Below, piece after piece: positions 51,338 through 59,745 of a DNA stretch of 64,000 nucleotides. The translations under genes and the position numbers were made by a program. The notes under the pieces were generated by a model, which was not told where the DNA came from, did no database searches, and saw only the letters and a list, made by a program, of their open reading frames with translations. Each line of letters begins with the position of its first letter. Position 1 is the stretch's first letter. Source of the DNA: an uncultured Thermoleophilia bacterium (lineage in GTDB: Bacteria; Actinomycetota; Thermoleophilia; UBA2241); NCBI GenBank assembly GCA_963715985.1, contig CAVQSP010000021.1:1-64000 (forward strand). Reading direction: 5' to 3'.

Positions 51338-54106
51338 ATGGTCACGCTCAAGGACTCCCGCGCGCTGCGCGGCGCCAACTACTACAGCTACCGTCCGGTG
51401 GTCGTGCTCAGCGTGGACCTCGGCGAGTACGACGAGGTGTTCACCAACGAGATCGAGGGCTTCACGGACGCTCTGATCGCGCTCGTCCCGAGTCTGGAGG
51501 AGCACCGCTGCTCGGAGATGGAGCGGGGCGGGCTCATCAAGCGCATGCGCGAGGGCACCCTTCTCGGGCACGTCATCGAGCACCTCGCCCTGGAACTGCA
51601 GTACATCGCCGGCATGGAGGTCGGGTTCGGCAAGACTATCGACACCGACGAGCCCGGCGTCTACCAGGTCATCTACAGCTTCTGGGTGGAAGAGGCCGGC
51701 ATCGTGGCCGGCGAGCGCGCCATCGACATCGTCAACGCGGTGCTCGAGGGTCGCGCCGAGCAGGTCGACCTCGAGAGCATCTTTCGCGAGCTCGAGGACA
51801 TCGGCGCCGACCACTACCTGGGTCCGTCCACGGCGGCCATCGTGGAAGAGGCGGAGCACCGCGGCATCACCGTGCTCCGCCTCGACGACTACAACCTCGT
51901 GCAGCTCGGCGAGGGCAAATACCAGCGCCGCATCGAGGCGTCCATCACCTCGCAGACCAGCATGATCGGCGTGGAGACGGCCGGCAACAAGCGGCTCACG
52001 AAACACATGCTTGGGGACGCCGGCATCCCCGTGCCCAAGGGCACGGTGGTGCGCAAGGTCGAGTCGGCCGTGGAGGACGCCGACTGGCTCGGCTACCCGG
52101 TGGTGGTCAAGCCGCACGACGGTCACCACGGCAAGGGCGTCACCACGGGCATCTCCGATGAGGCCGACCTGCGCGAGGCCTTCCTCCGTGCCAAGGAGAT
52201 CAGCGACAAGGTCATCGTGGAGAAGTACTACACGGGCCACGACTACCGGATGCTGGTCGTGGACGGGCACCTGGTGGCGGCCGCCAGGCGCGAGCCGGCC
52301 GCCGTCACCGGCGACGGCGAGCACACCATCGCCGAGCTCATCGCCATCGAGAACCGCGACCCGCGGCGCGGCTACGGACACGAGAGGGTCATGACACGGC
52401 TCTCGACGTCGACGGTCACCGAGTTCCTGCTGGCACGCCACGGCTACACGCTCGAGACGGTGCTGCCGCAGGGCGAGGTCTTCCCGCTGGAGCTGACGGC
52501 CAACCTGTCCACCGGCGGCTCGGCCGTCGACGTCACCGACACCGTGCACAAGGCCAACCGCTTCATGGCGGAGCGCATCGCCAGCATCGTCGGCCTGGAC
52601 ATCGCCGGCATCGACGTCATCTCGCCGACCCTCGAACAACCGGTGAAGAAGGTGGGCGGCGCGGTGATCGAGGTCAACGCCGCCCCCGGTCTGCGCATGC
52701 ACCTGGAGCCGGCCGTCGGCAGGCGCCGTAATGTCGCCGCGCCCATCATCGACATGCTGTTCCCGGAAGGCGCGCCTCACGACATCGGTATCGTGGCGGT
52801 CACCGGCACCAACGGCAAGACGACCACGGTGCGTCTCATCGCCCACATCATGGAGCACGCCGGCTACAGCGTGGGCATGACGACCACGGACGGCATCTAC
52901 GTGCGCGGCAACCTCATCGCCGAGGGCGACATGAGTGGCCCATACTCGGCCCAGGTGGTGCTGCGCGACCCGCTCGTGGACTGCGCCGTGCTGGAGACGG
53001 CCCGAGGCGGCATCCTGCGCTCGGGCCTCGGCTACAAGACCGCCGACGTGGGTGTGGTGCTCAACGTGCAGCCCGACCATCTGGGCATGCAGAACATCCG
53101 CGACCTCGACGAGCTCGCCAAGGTGAAGGCCGTGGTGGCCGAGGCAGTGCGCGAGGGCGGCACCACCGTGCTCAACGCCGACGACCCCAAGTGCGTGGAG
53201 ATGACGGAGTACTGCCGCGAGAACGTGGCGTTCTTCTCGCTGCGCTCATCCAACCCGGTCGTGCTGGAGCACGTGGACCGCGGGGGCACGGCGGTGGTGT
53301 GCGAGCAGGGCTACCTCGCCGTGCTCGGCAACGACCGCTTGCTGCCGGTGGCCCGCATCGAGGACATCCCGCTCACGATCGGCGGCAAGGCCGCGTTCAA
53401 CGTGCAGAACGCGCTGGCGGCGACGGCCGCGGCCTACGCCCACGGCGTGGACGTGGACGAGATCCGCCGCGGCCTCATCTCCTTCCTGCCGTCGCCGCTG
53501 CAGACACCGGGGCGCCTCAACCTGATCACGGTGGACGGCGTGGACTACCTGCTGGACTTCGCCCACAACCCGCACGCCTACAAGAACCTGCTCGAGCTCG
53601 TCGTGAACATGGGCGACCGCCGTCGCGTGATCGTGTTCGACGTGGTGGGCGACCGCCGCGACGAGGACATCGAGGAGGTCTGTGCGCTGGTGGCGCCGGT
53701 GTTCGACGCGGCTGTGCTGTACGAGGCGGACGACCTGCGCGGACGTCAGCCCGGCGAGCTCATGGCACTGCAGCAGCAGTATCTGACGGCGGCCGGCTTC
53801 GACGGCGCCGCCATCGAGCCCGTCGGGGACGAGCGCGAGGCCATCCGCCGGGCCGCGGCTGCCGCCGGACCCGGCGACCTGGTGTGTTACATGACCGGCC
53901 ACGTGCACGACGGCATCAAGTGGCTGCACGAGTTCGCGGAGGGGGGCAGCGGCGCGGAGGCTGCCGCCGTCGGCGCTGCCGAGGACGTCGGGCCCGCCGG
54001 CACGGACACCGCGGCCGCCTCAGGCGCCGCCTCAGAGCCCGCTGCGGACGGCCTCGAGCCCACCGCCGCCGACGCCCTCGAGCCCACCGCCGAGGGCGGC
54101 GAGTGA
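51338..54106 (+). CDS. cphA: Cyanophycin synthetase CphA1
   Basis: N domain GTLLGHVIEH, LGPST, ATP-grasp KPHDGHHGKG/ANLSTGG/EVNAAPG, Mur domain VTGTNGKTT/ETARGG/PGRLN/DFAHN. Confidence 0.95.
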   Translation: MVTLKDSRALRGANYYSYRPVVVLSVDLGEYDEVFTNEIEGFTDALIALVPSLEEHRCSEMERGGLIKRMREGTLLGHVIEHLALELQYIAGMEVGFGKTIDTDEPGVYQVIYSFWVEEAGIVAGERAIDIVNAVLEGRAEQVDLESIFRELEDIGADHYLGPSTAAIVEEAEHRGITVLRLDDYNLVQLGEGKYQRRIEASITSQTSMIGVETAGNKRLTKHMLGDAGIPVPKGTVVRKVESAVEDADWLGYPVVVKPHDGHHGKGVTTGISDEADLREAFLRAKEISDKVIVEKYYTGHDYRMLVVDGHLVAAARREPAAVTGDGEHTIAELIAIENRDPRRGYGHERVMTRLSTSTVTEFLLARHGYTLETVLPQGEVFPLELTANLSTGGSAVDVTDTVHKANRFMAERIASIVGLDIAGIDVISPTLEQPVKKVGGAVIEVNAAPGLRMHLEPAVGRRRNVAAPIIDMLFPEGAPHDIGIVAVTGTNGKTTTVRLIAHIMEHAGYSVGMTTTDGIYVRGNLIAEGDMSGPYSAQVVLRDPLVDCAVLETARGGILRSGLGYKTADVGVVLNVQPDHLGMQNIRDLDELAKVKAVVAEAVREGGTTVLNADDPKCVEMTEYCRENVAFFSLRSSNPVVLEHVDRGGTAVVCEQGYLAVLGNDRLLPVARIEDIPLTIGGKAAFNVQNALAATAAAYAHGVDVDEIRRGLISFLPSPLQTPGRLNLITVDGVDYLLDFAHNPHAYKNLLELVVNMGDRRRVIVFDVVGDRRDEDIEEVCALVAPVFDAAVLYEADDLRGRQPGELMALQQQYLTAAGFDGAAIEPVGDEREAIRRAAAAAGPGDLVCYMTGHVHDGIKWLHEFAEGGSGAEAAAVGAAEDVGPAGTDTAAASGAASEPAADGLEPTAADALEPTAEGGE

Positions 54107-54910
54107 CGAAGGCCCGCACAGGCTGGCGGCTGCTGATCGGCGGCTCGCCGGAGGAAGGTATGGACTCGCGCCTCGTGCGCCGCTTCGTGGAACTCGCCGG
54201 CGGCGCGGAGGACGCGCGCGTGGCCGTGGTGCCCACGGCGAGCGAAGAGGTCGCGGAGACGGTAGCCCGCTACGTCGCGGCTCTCGAGAACGAAGGTGCT
54301 CGCGACGTGGACGTACTCGACGTGCGCTCGCACGCCGACGCGGACACGCCCGCTACGCTCGCGTCCCTGCGCGACGCCACCGGCGTGATGTTCACGGGCG
54401 GCGACCAGCTGCGCCTGCTGGACATCTTCGAAGGCACTCGCTTCGCCGCCGAACTGCGGCGACGCGGAGCTGCCGGTCTGCTGGTCGGCGGCTCCAGCGC
54501 CGGCGCCATGGCGCTCGGCGACCCGGTGATCGTGCGCGGCGAGCCGACGGCGTTCTACGAAGACGGCGCCATCCGCCGTGCCCCCGGCCTCGGACTCGTC
54601 GAGGGTGCTACCGTCGACACGCATCTCGTGGTGCGCGGCCGTCTGCCGCGTCTCATCGCGATGGTGGCGGCGTTTCCCGACGTCGTCGGCCTCGGCATCG
54701 AGGAGGGGTGCGGGCTCGAGATCTCGCCCGACAGGGTCGCGACCGTGATCGGCGAGGGCGTCGTGTGCGTCGTCGAAGGGCATGGGGCGCGGCGCCGAGC
54801 CGGCCACGGCCGGCCCCGGCCGCGCCCTCTCGGTCGCCGGCCTCACCGTGCACGTCCTCGCCGACGGCGCGAGCTACGACCTGCGCGCGCGCCGCGTGCT
54901 GAACACGTAG
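54103..54910 (+). CDS. cphB: Cyanophycinase (peptidase S51); frameshift near 54800
   Basis: LLIGG, VVPTAS, FTGGDQLRL, GSSAGAMA, DTH...RGRLPRL; overlaps the cphA stop. Confidence 0.88.
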
Positions 54911-54991
54911 CGGTCCCACCACGCCCGCCCCGCGATGCGGCGGTGTGCTGCCCTTCGCGGGCGGCCGCAGGCAGTGTGGCGAACGCGGATT

Positions 54992-55013
54992 CAAGCAACG
55001 GTACCGTTGCTTG
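54992..55013. repeat. Perfect 22-bp palindrome
   Basis: CAAGCAACGGT|ACCGTTGCTTG between convergent genes. Confidence 0.85.
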
Positions 55014-55161
55014 TACGTTTGCCTGGATCTCGCGATTCGAGAGCGCAGCCGGCCGGTGCTCGCCCGTGCGGTGGGCCGCCCCAGCGGTCTCGATGGGAGC
55101 TTCGCCGGCATCGTGGCGCCTCTTCACACCGGCGGGCGCCTCACCGGTCCGGCCTGTGCCG

Positions 55162-55769
55162 CTACAGCAGCGCCAGCAGTGCCGTGCGGTCCTTGCGGAT
55201 GTCGCGGCCTGCCTTCGCCGCGTGCGCCGCTGCAAGAGCGCTGCTGCCGGCCTGTCCGCCGAGGTCGGGCGGGTCCTGGCTCAAGGCCGAGTAGGCCGCC
55301 GACTGATCCTCCGACGCGTCCTGGACGAGTGCGCTGAACGTGCGCTTCATGGTCGCGGCGGCACCCGTGAACCTGACCCGGTCGCGAGACGAGACGAACC
55401 AGCGGGACGCGTTGCCGAGGTAGGTGGAGAAGGCCGTCTCCGCGCGCATCCAGTCGTCCGGCATGGTCTCGTCGGTCAGCGTCTGGCACGCCTGCCCGGC
55501 GCTCTGCTCGAGCGCCCGGAGCTCGGAGGCCTTCTCGGGATCATCGAGCATCGTCTTCATCTGGCCGGCCATCGAGCCGATCGACGCCTGCCTCGTCGTG
55601 AAGCTGCTCGAGTACTCACCGAACAGCGCCTGCATCTTGCCAGCTCTCGTTTGTACTCGGTCTTGTACTGGGCCCGGACGTGCGCCGTGGCCGTCCCCGG
55701 CACGAGCAGCAGGAGGATCGCTGCCACGAGGACGAGCATGGACACCCGGCGTGCCGACACAGTAGTCAT
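55162..55769 (-). CDS. Secreted helical hypothetical protein (frameshift near 55640)
   Basis: AAGGAG RBS, signal peptide ending ATA, continues in the 55162 frame. Confidence 0.65.
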
Positions 55770-55854
55770 GTGGACTCCTTCCGTCACCCACCGGCTCCTC
55801 AGTCTCCCCGGCTGGCATCGGTGGTGTCAATGACCGGCCGCCGCGGGCTGGGGT

Positions 55855-55962
55855 GGCGAGGCGTGAGGGCGTCGGCGGCGGGGCATGAGGCCGTCGGTGG
55901 CGAGGCGTGAAGGCGTCGGCGGCAGGCGTGAGGGAGACGCGGCGGAGCGTGACGTCGTTGGC
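55855..55962. repeat. Imperfect 22-bp tandem repeat (3 good and 2 degenerate units)
   Basis: ggcgaggcgtgagggcgtcggc / ggcggggcatgaggccgtcggt / ggcgaggcgtgaaggcgtcggc / ... Confidence 0.7.
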
Positions 55963-56051
55963 GGCGGCTCTGCGGCTGTGAGACGCTGTGGCTCGCGCCG
56001 AATCGTGCCGATATCGGGCGGACGCAAGGCGTGAGGAAGGGGAGGACAAAC

Positions 56052-56414
56052 GTGGTCGAAGTGATCCAGGGCGCGCCGCCGGGCGTACTGGCCTTCAAGG
56101 CCGTCGGCGAGGTGCGCTTCGAGGACTACCGCGACGTGGTCGAGCCGGCGGCCAAGGCGACCATCGCCGCCGGCCGCAAGATCCGCGTCGTCTTCGTGGT
56201 CGGGCCCGAGTGCACGGGGTACTCGCGCGGGGCGATGTGGGCCGACGCCAAGCTCGGGATCAGCGAATTGCGGCACCTCAAGCGCTGCGCCGTGGTCACC
56301 GACCACGCCTGGGTCAAGGACTCCGTCAAGACCGTCCGCTGGATGGCGCCCACACGCCTCAAGGTGTTCGGCCCCGGGCAGCTGCGGGACGCGATGAGAT
56401 GGGCGGCGTCGTGA
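56052..56414 (+). CDS. STAS/SEC14 (SpoIIAA-like) protein
   Basis: VLAFKAVGEV, AMWADAKLG, AVVTDHAW, AMRWA; GGAGG RBS. Confidence 0.85.
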   Translation: MVEVIQGAPPGVLAFKAVGEVRFEDYRDVVEPAAKATIAAGRKIRVVFVVGPECTGYSRGAMWADAKLGISELRHLKRCAVVTDHAWVKDSVKTVRWMAPTRLKVFGPGQLRDAMRWAAS

Positions 56415-57115
56415 CGCAGCCCCCGCTGTACCTGTGCGCGCCGGTCAACGCGCTGGTCGAGGGCATCTACAAGGAGCGCTTCCCCCTGGAGAAGCTGCGC
56501 GAGCACGGCGACTTCGGGCTGGGCACCTTCGACGGCCTCGACGGCGAGATGGTCATGCTGGACGGTCGCGTCTTCCAGATCGCCGGCAGCGGGCTGGTGC
56601 GCGAGGTCACGGAGCCGGCCGCCACGCCGTTCGCCTGCGTCACCACCTGGACCCCGGCGAGTCACGACGAGCTCTCGGACGAGCTCACCTACGACGGCTT
56701 CCTCGACTGGCTCCTCACGTTGCTTCCCTCGCCCAACCTCATCTACGCGCTGCGCATCGAGGGCACCTTCGCCGAGATCAAGGTGCGCTCGGTGCCCAAA
56801 CAGGAGAACTACCGGCCGCTCGTGGAAGTCGCGCGGGAGCAGCCTGAGTTCACGTTCGAGGAGGCGCAGGGCACGCTTGCCGGCTTCTACACGCCCTCGT
56901 TCCTCGACTCGCTCAGCGTGCCCGGCCTGCACCTGCACTTCCTCTCCCGCGATCGCACCCAGGGCGGGCACCTCCTGGAGTGCCGGCCACGCGGCGTCAG
57001 CGCCTCGGTGCAGTTCATCAGCACGTTGGAGCTGGGTCTGCCGATGAGCGTCGACTACCTCACGTGGGACTTCCGCCGTGACACCGGCGCCGACCTGGAC
57101 GAGGCGGAGAAGTAG
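56411..57115 (+). CDS. budA: Alpha-acetolactate decarboxylase
   Basis: HGDFGLGTFDGLDGEM, RSVPKQ, GLHLHFLS, GGHLL. Confidence 0.93.
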   Translation: MTQPPLYLCAPVNALVEGIYKERFPLEKLREHGDFGLGTFDGLDGEMVMLDGRVFQIAGSGLVREVTEPAATPFACVTTWTPASHDELSDELTYDGFLDWLLTLLPSPNLIYALRIEGTFAEIKVRSVPKQENYRPLVEVAREQPEFTFEEAQGTLAGFYTPSFLDSLSVPGLHLHFLSRDRTQGGHLLECRPRGVSASVQFISTLELGLPMSVDYLTWDFRRDTGADLDEAEK

Positions 57116-57143
57116 GGCAGCCCGCGGCCTCCCTCGCCGTGCG

Positions 57144-58137
57144 CTACAGCGCGACTTCGTCACCGGTGCCCGCGAGCAGCAGCACCTTGACGCTCTCCGG
57201 CACGGTGCGCCGAACATCCCTGACCAGCCCTTGGGTGATGGGGTGGGTGCCTGGGCCGACGGCCATGATGATGATGTCGCTGCCCGCCTGTCGTACCTGC
57301 TCGATCTTCCAGTCCGTGCCCTCTGCCCAGGCAGCGGCAGCCTGTGTCACGTCGCTCTGCCACTCCTGGTACTGGTACGTGCGGTAGGACGTCGCGGCGA
57401 GTGGGATGACCAGGACGACGACGAAGATGGCGATGATCCACTTGGCGCGGCGGCCGACGTGGGCCCCGCGCGCGGCGGCGTCGCGCTGGTAGCCGGCCGC
57501 GGTGAATACGACGATGCCGGCAACGATGATGGCCGCGGCGTTCGTGAGGAAGAGGATGAAGGCGCCGAGCGCGAGGTCCAGGCGCCAGGAGCCGAGCGTG
57601 ATGCCCACCACGGCGAGCACCGGCAACGAGCGAGATGGCGATGGCCACCCCGGCGAGGATGTTGGACACGTCGCGGCGTACAAGGGCGAACGAGCCGGCT
57701 ACGCCGACGGTGACGGCCACGACCAGGTCGAGCAGGGTCGGCGCCGTGCGTCCGAGCACCTGAGGGTTAGCGTCCAGCGGCATGCGCTCGAACGTGATCA
57801 TCCCCATGAGCACGCCGATGAGGATGTTGACGACGATGCCCTCGACGAGCAGCAGCAGGGAGGCGCCCAGGTTCGAGCGTGAGCCCGTGACCGTCGCGAG
57901 GGCCACACCGTAGATCGGCGTCGCCAGCGGGGCGACGATCATGGCGCCGATGACGGCGGGCGTGGCATCTCCGATGACGCCGCCCGCCGCGATCACGCTG
58001 GCGAGCACGAGCAGCACCCAGAACTGCGACAGCTTGGCTCTGCGGTCGCCGGTGGTGATGAAGAGCCCGTCCTCGACCTCTTCCAGCGGGTTGCGGAACG
58101 CTGCCCCCGCGTCGATGACCCTCGCCGTCAAGCCCAT
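57144..58137 (-). CDS. DUF389 membrane protein (frameshift near 57628)
   Basis: AVIGAMIVAPL, RTAPTLLDL, GVAIAISL, FLTNAAAI. Confidence 0.85.
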
Positions 58138-58344
58138 GCTGCCTCCCGGACCCTTCACGTGCCTCGACTCGCGCCCGGCGTGCCCGCGCAGCAGCGGCGC
58201 GCCCTGGCAGCGGGAGTATAGAGAGTCGCGGCGCGGTGCCGATACGTGCGTCGCGCCCCCGAGGTCCCGGGACGACCGCGCGTGCGGCCTGCGCTAGACT
58301 GCCGCATGACGGGCGCGTTCGGAGCGCCGGCACGGTCCTACGCC

Positions 58345-59167
58345 ATGAGGAGGCAGTCCATCGTGAGAGCTGGAGTCGTTCATCGGTGCGTCGCCGCAGT
58401 CATCCTCACGCTGCTCCTCGTCGCGGCGACCGGCTGCGGGTCCTCGCCGGGCAGCGAAGTCGTCGGAGTCCAGCGCCGTGACGACCAAGGCGTACGACCT
58501 GAGCGGCTTCACCGGCGTGCGCGTGGACAATGACTTCTCAGCCACCGTGAGCCGCGGCACTGCCTTCAAGGTGTCGGTCACCGTGAACGAGAACCTCGTC
58601 AAGTACCTCACGGTCGAGGTGAAAGGCGACACACTGCACATCGGCCTGGACCCGACGGTGACGTACCGCCTCACGGACTTGCGCGCCGAGGTCACGATGC
58701 CGAGCGTCGGCGGCGCGGAGGTCAGCGGCGCCAGTGACGTCTACCTGACCGACTTCTCCTCCTCCGCGGCGCTCGAGCTGAAGGCGTCGGGGGCCGGCCA
58801 GCTGAGCCTCAAGGACGTCAAGGCCGGCGCCGTGACCTTCGACGCGTCGGGCGGCAGCCGCATCGAGGGCGACCTGAGCTGCGTGGACCTGAGCGGCGTC
58901 GCGTCCGGCGCCAGCACGGCGGCCGTGGGAGGCGCCGCGTCCACGGCCACGCTGGAGGGGTCGGGCGGCAGCAAGCTGCTCATGAACCTGTTCACGATCC
59001 AGGACGCCACGGTGAACTTGTCAGGAGCCTCGCAGGCCGCCGTCCGCGTGGACGGCACGCTCGCGGCGGATCTCAGCGGTGCCTCCAAGCTGGACTACTA
59101 CGGATCGGCGAAGCTCAGCAAGACGAGCGTCACCGGGGCCTCACAGATCCAGCACATCCAGGACTGA
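58345..59167 (+). CDS. DUF2807 (head GIN) beta-helical lipoprotein (frameshift near 58470)
   Basis: Lipobox ATGC; YDLSGFTGV, ENL, repeated SGAS. Confidence 0.82.
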
Positions 59168-59713
59168 GGCATGCCGCGGGCGCGACGGTGACCGTCGTGT
59201 TCGTGCGGGCCGCCCCGAACAGCTGCAGGTAGCAGCCGACCGTGCACGCCGTGACCGTGGCCGGCAGCGTCGTGCCGGCGTCCAGGACCGCCATGCCGGC
59301 GTCGGAGAGGCGCCGGGCGACGCCGCATCCGATCCGCACCTCGGCGGCGACCGGAAGCAGGCGCCATTCGGCGTTGCCGTCGGCCTCGAAGGTCACCGTG
59401 TCGGCCTTGGCCCGGGGCTGCGTGAAGCAGCGCAGCGGGTGCGTGACGTAGAGCTGCTCGCGGGCGAAGACGACCACGTCCTTCGCGATCCCCATTCCGC
59501 ACAAGGCGCGGAAGGCTTGCTGCTCGCGCTTGTAGCGTGGCAGGGGTGAATCGCGGACCACGACGAGGAAGTCGTAGTCGCTGTCCTCATCGGCTTCGCC
59601 GCGGGCACGTGAGCCGAAAAGGTAGATGCGCTCTGCTTGCAGGCTGGCCCGCAAACGCCGCACAGACTCCGCTACTGGGTCTGCGACAGATGCCGTATGG
59701 GCGGTCTGCATCA
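59130..59713 (-). pseudogene. Minimal nucleotidyltransferase (MNT-type), truncated and fused to a helicase-derived duplicate
   Basis: IYLFGSRARGEADEDSDYD and third Asp KDVVV, then AREQLYVTHPLR copied from uvrD; no HEPN partner follows. Confidence 0.7.
59397..59466. repeat. 70-bp direct repeat, copy 1 (of the uvrD 3' region)
   Basis: 67/70 identical to 60001-60070. Confidence 0.92.
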
Positions 59714-59745
59714 TGGGCTCCCCTGCCTCACCTTCAGCCCCCGTG

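Noticed and set aside
53191-55833. 880-aa ORF as a long CphB fusion
   Set aside because: Only 54103 to about 54800 has cyanophycinase motifs; the flanks are off-frame, extended by a frameshift
55855-55962. CRISPR array
   Set aside because: Units are contiguous with no unique spacers; no cas genes
8551-59167. Programmed frameshifting or mass pseudogenisation
   Set aside because: Shifts are scattered single-base indels in unrelated genes with intact catalytic motifs; sequencing error is simpler
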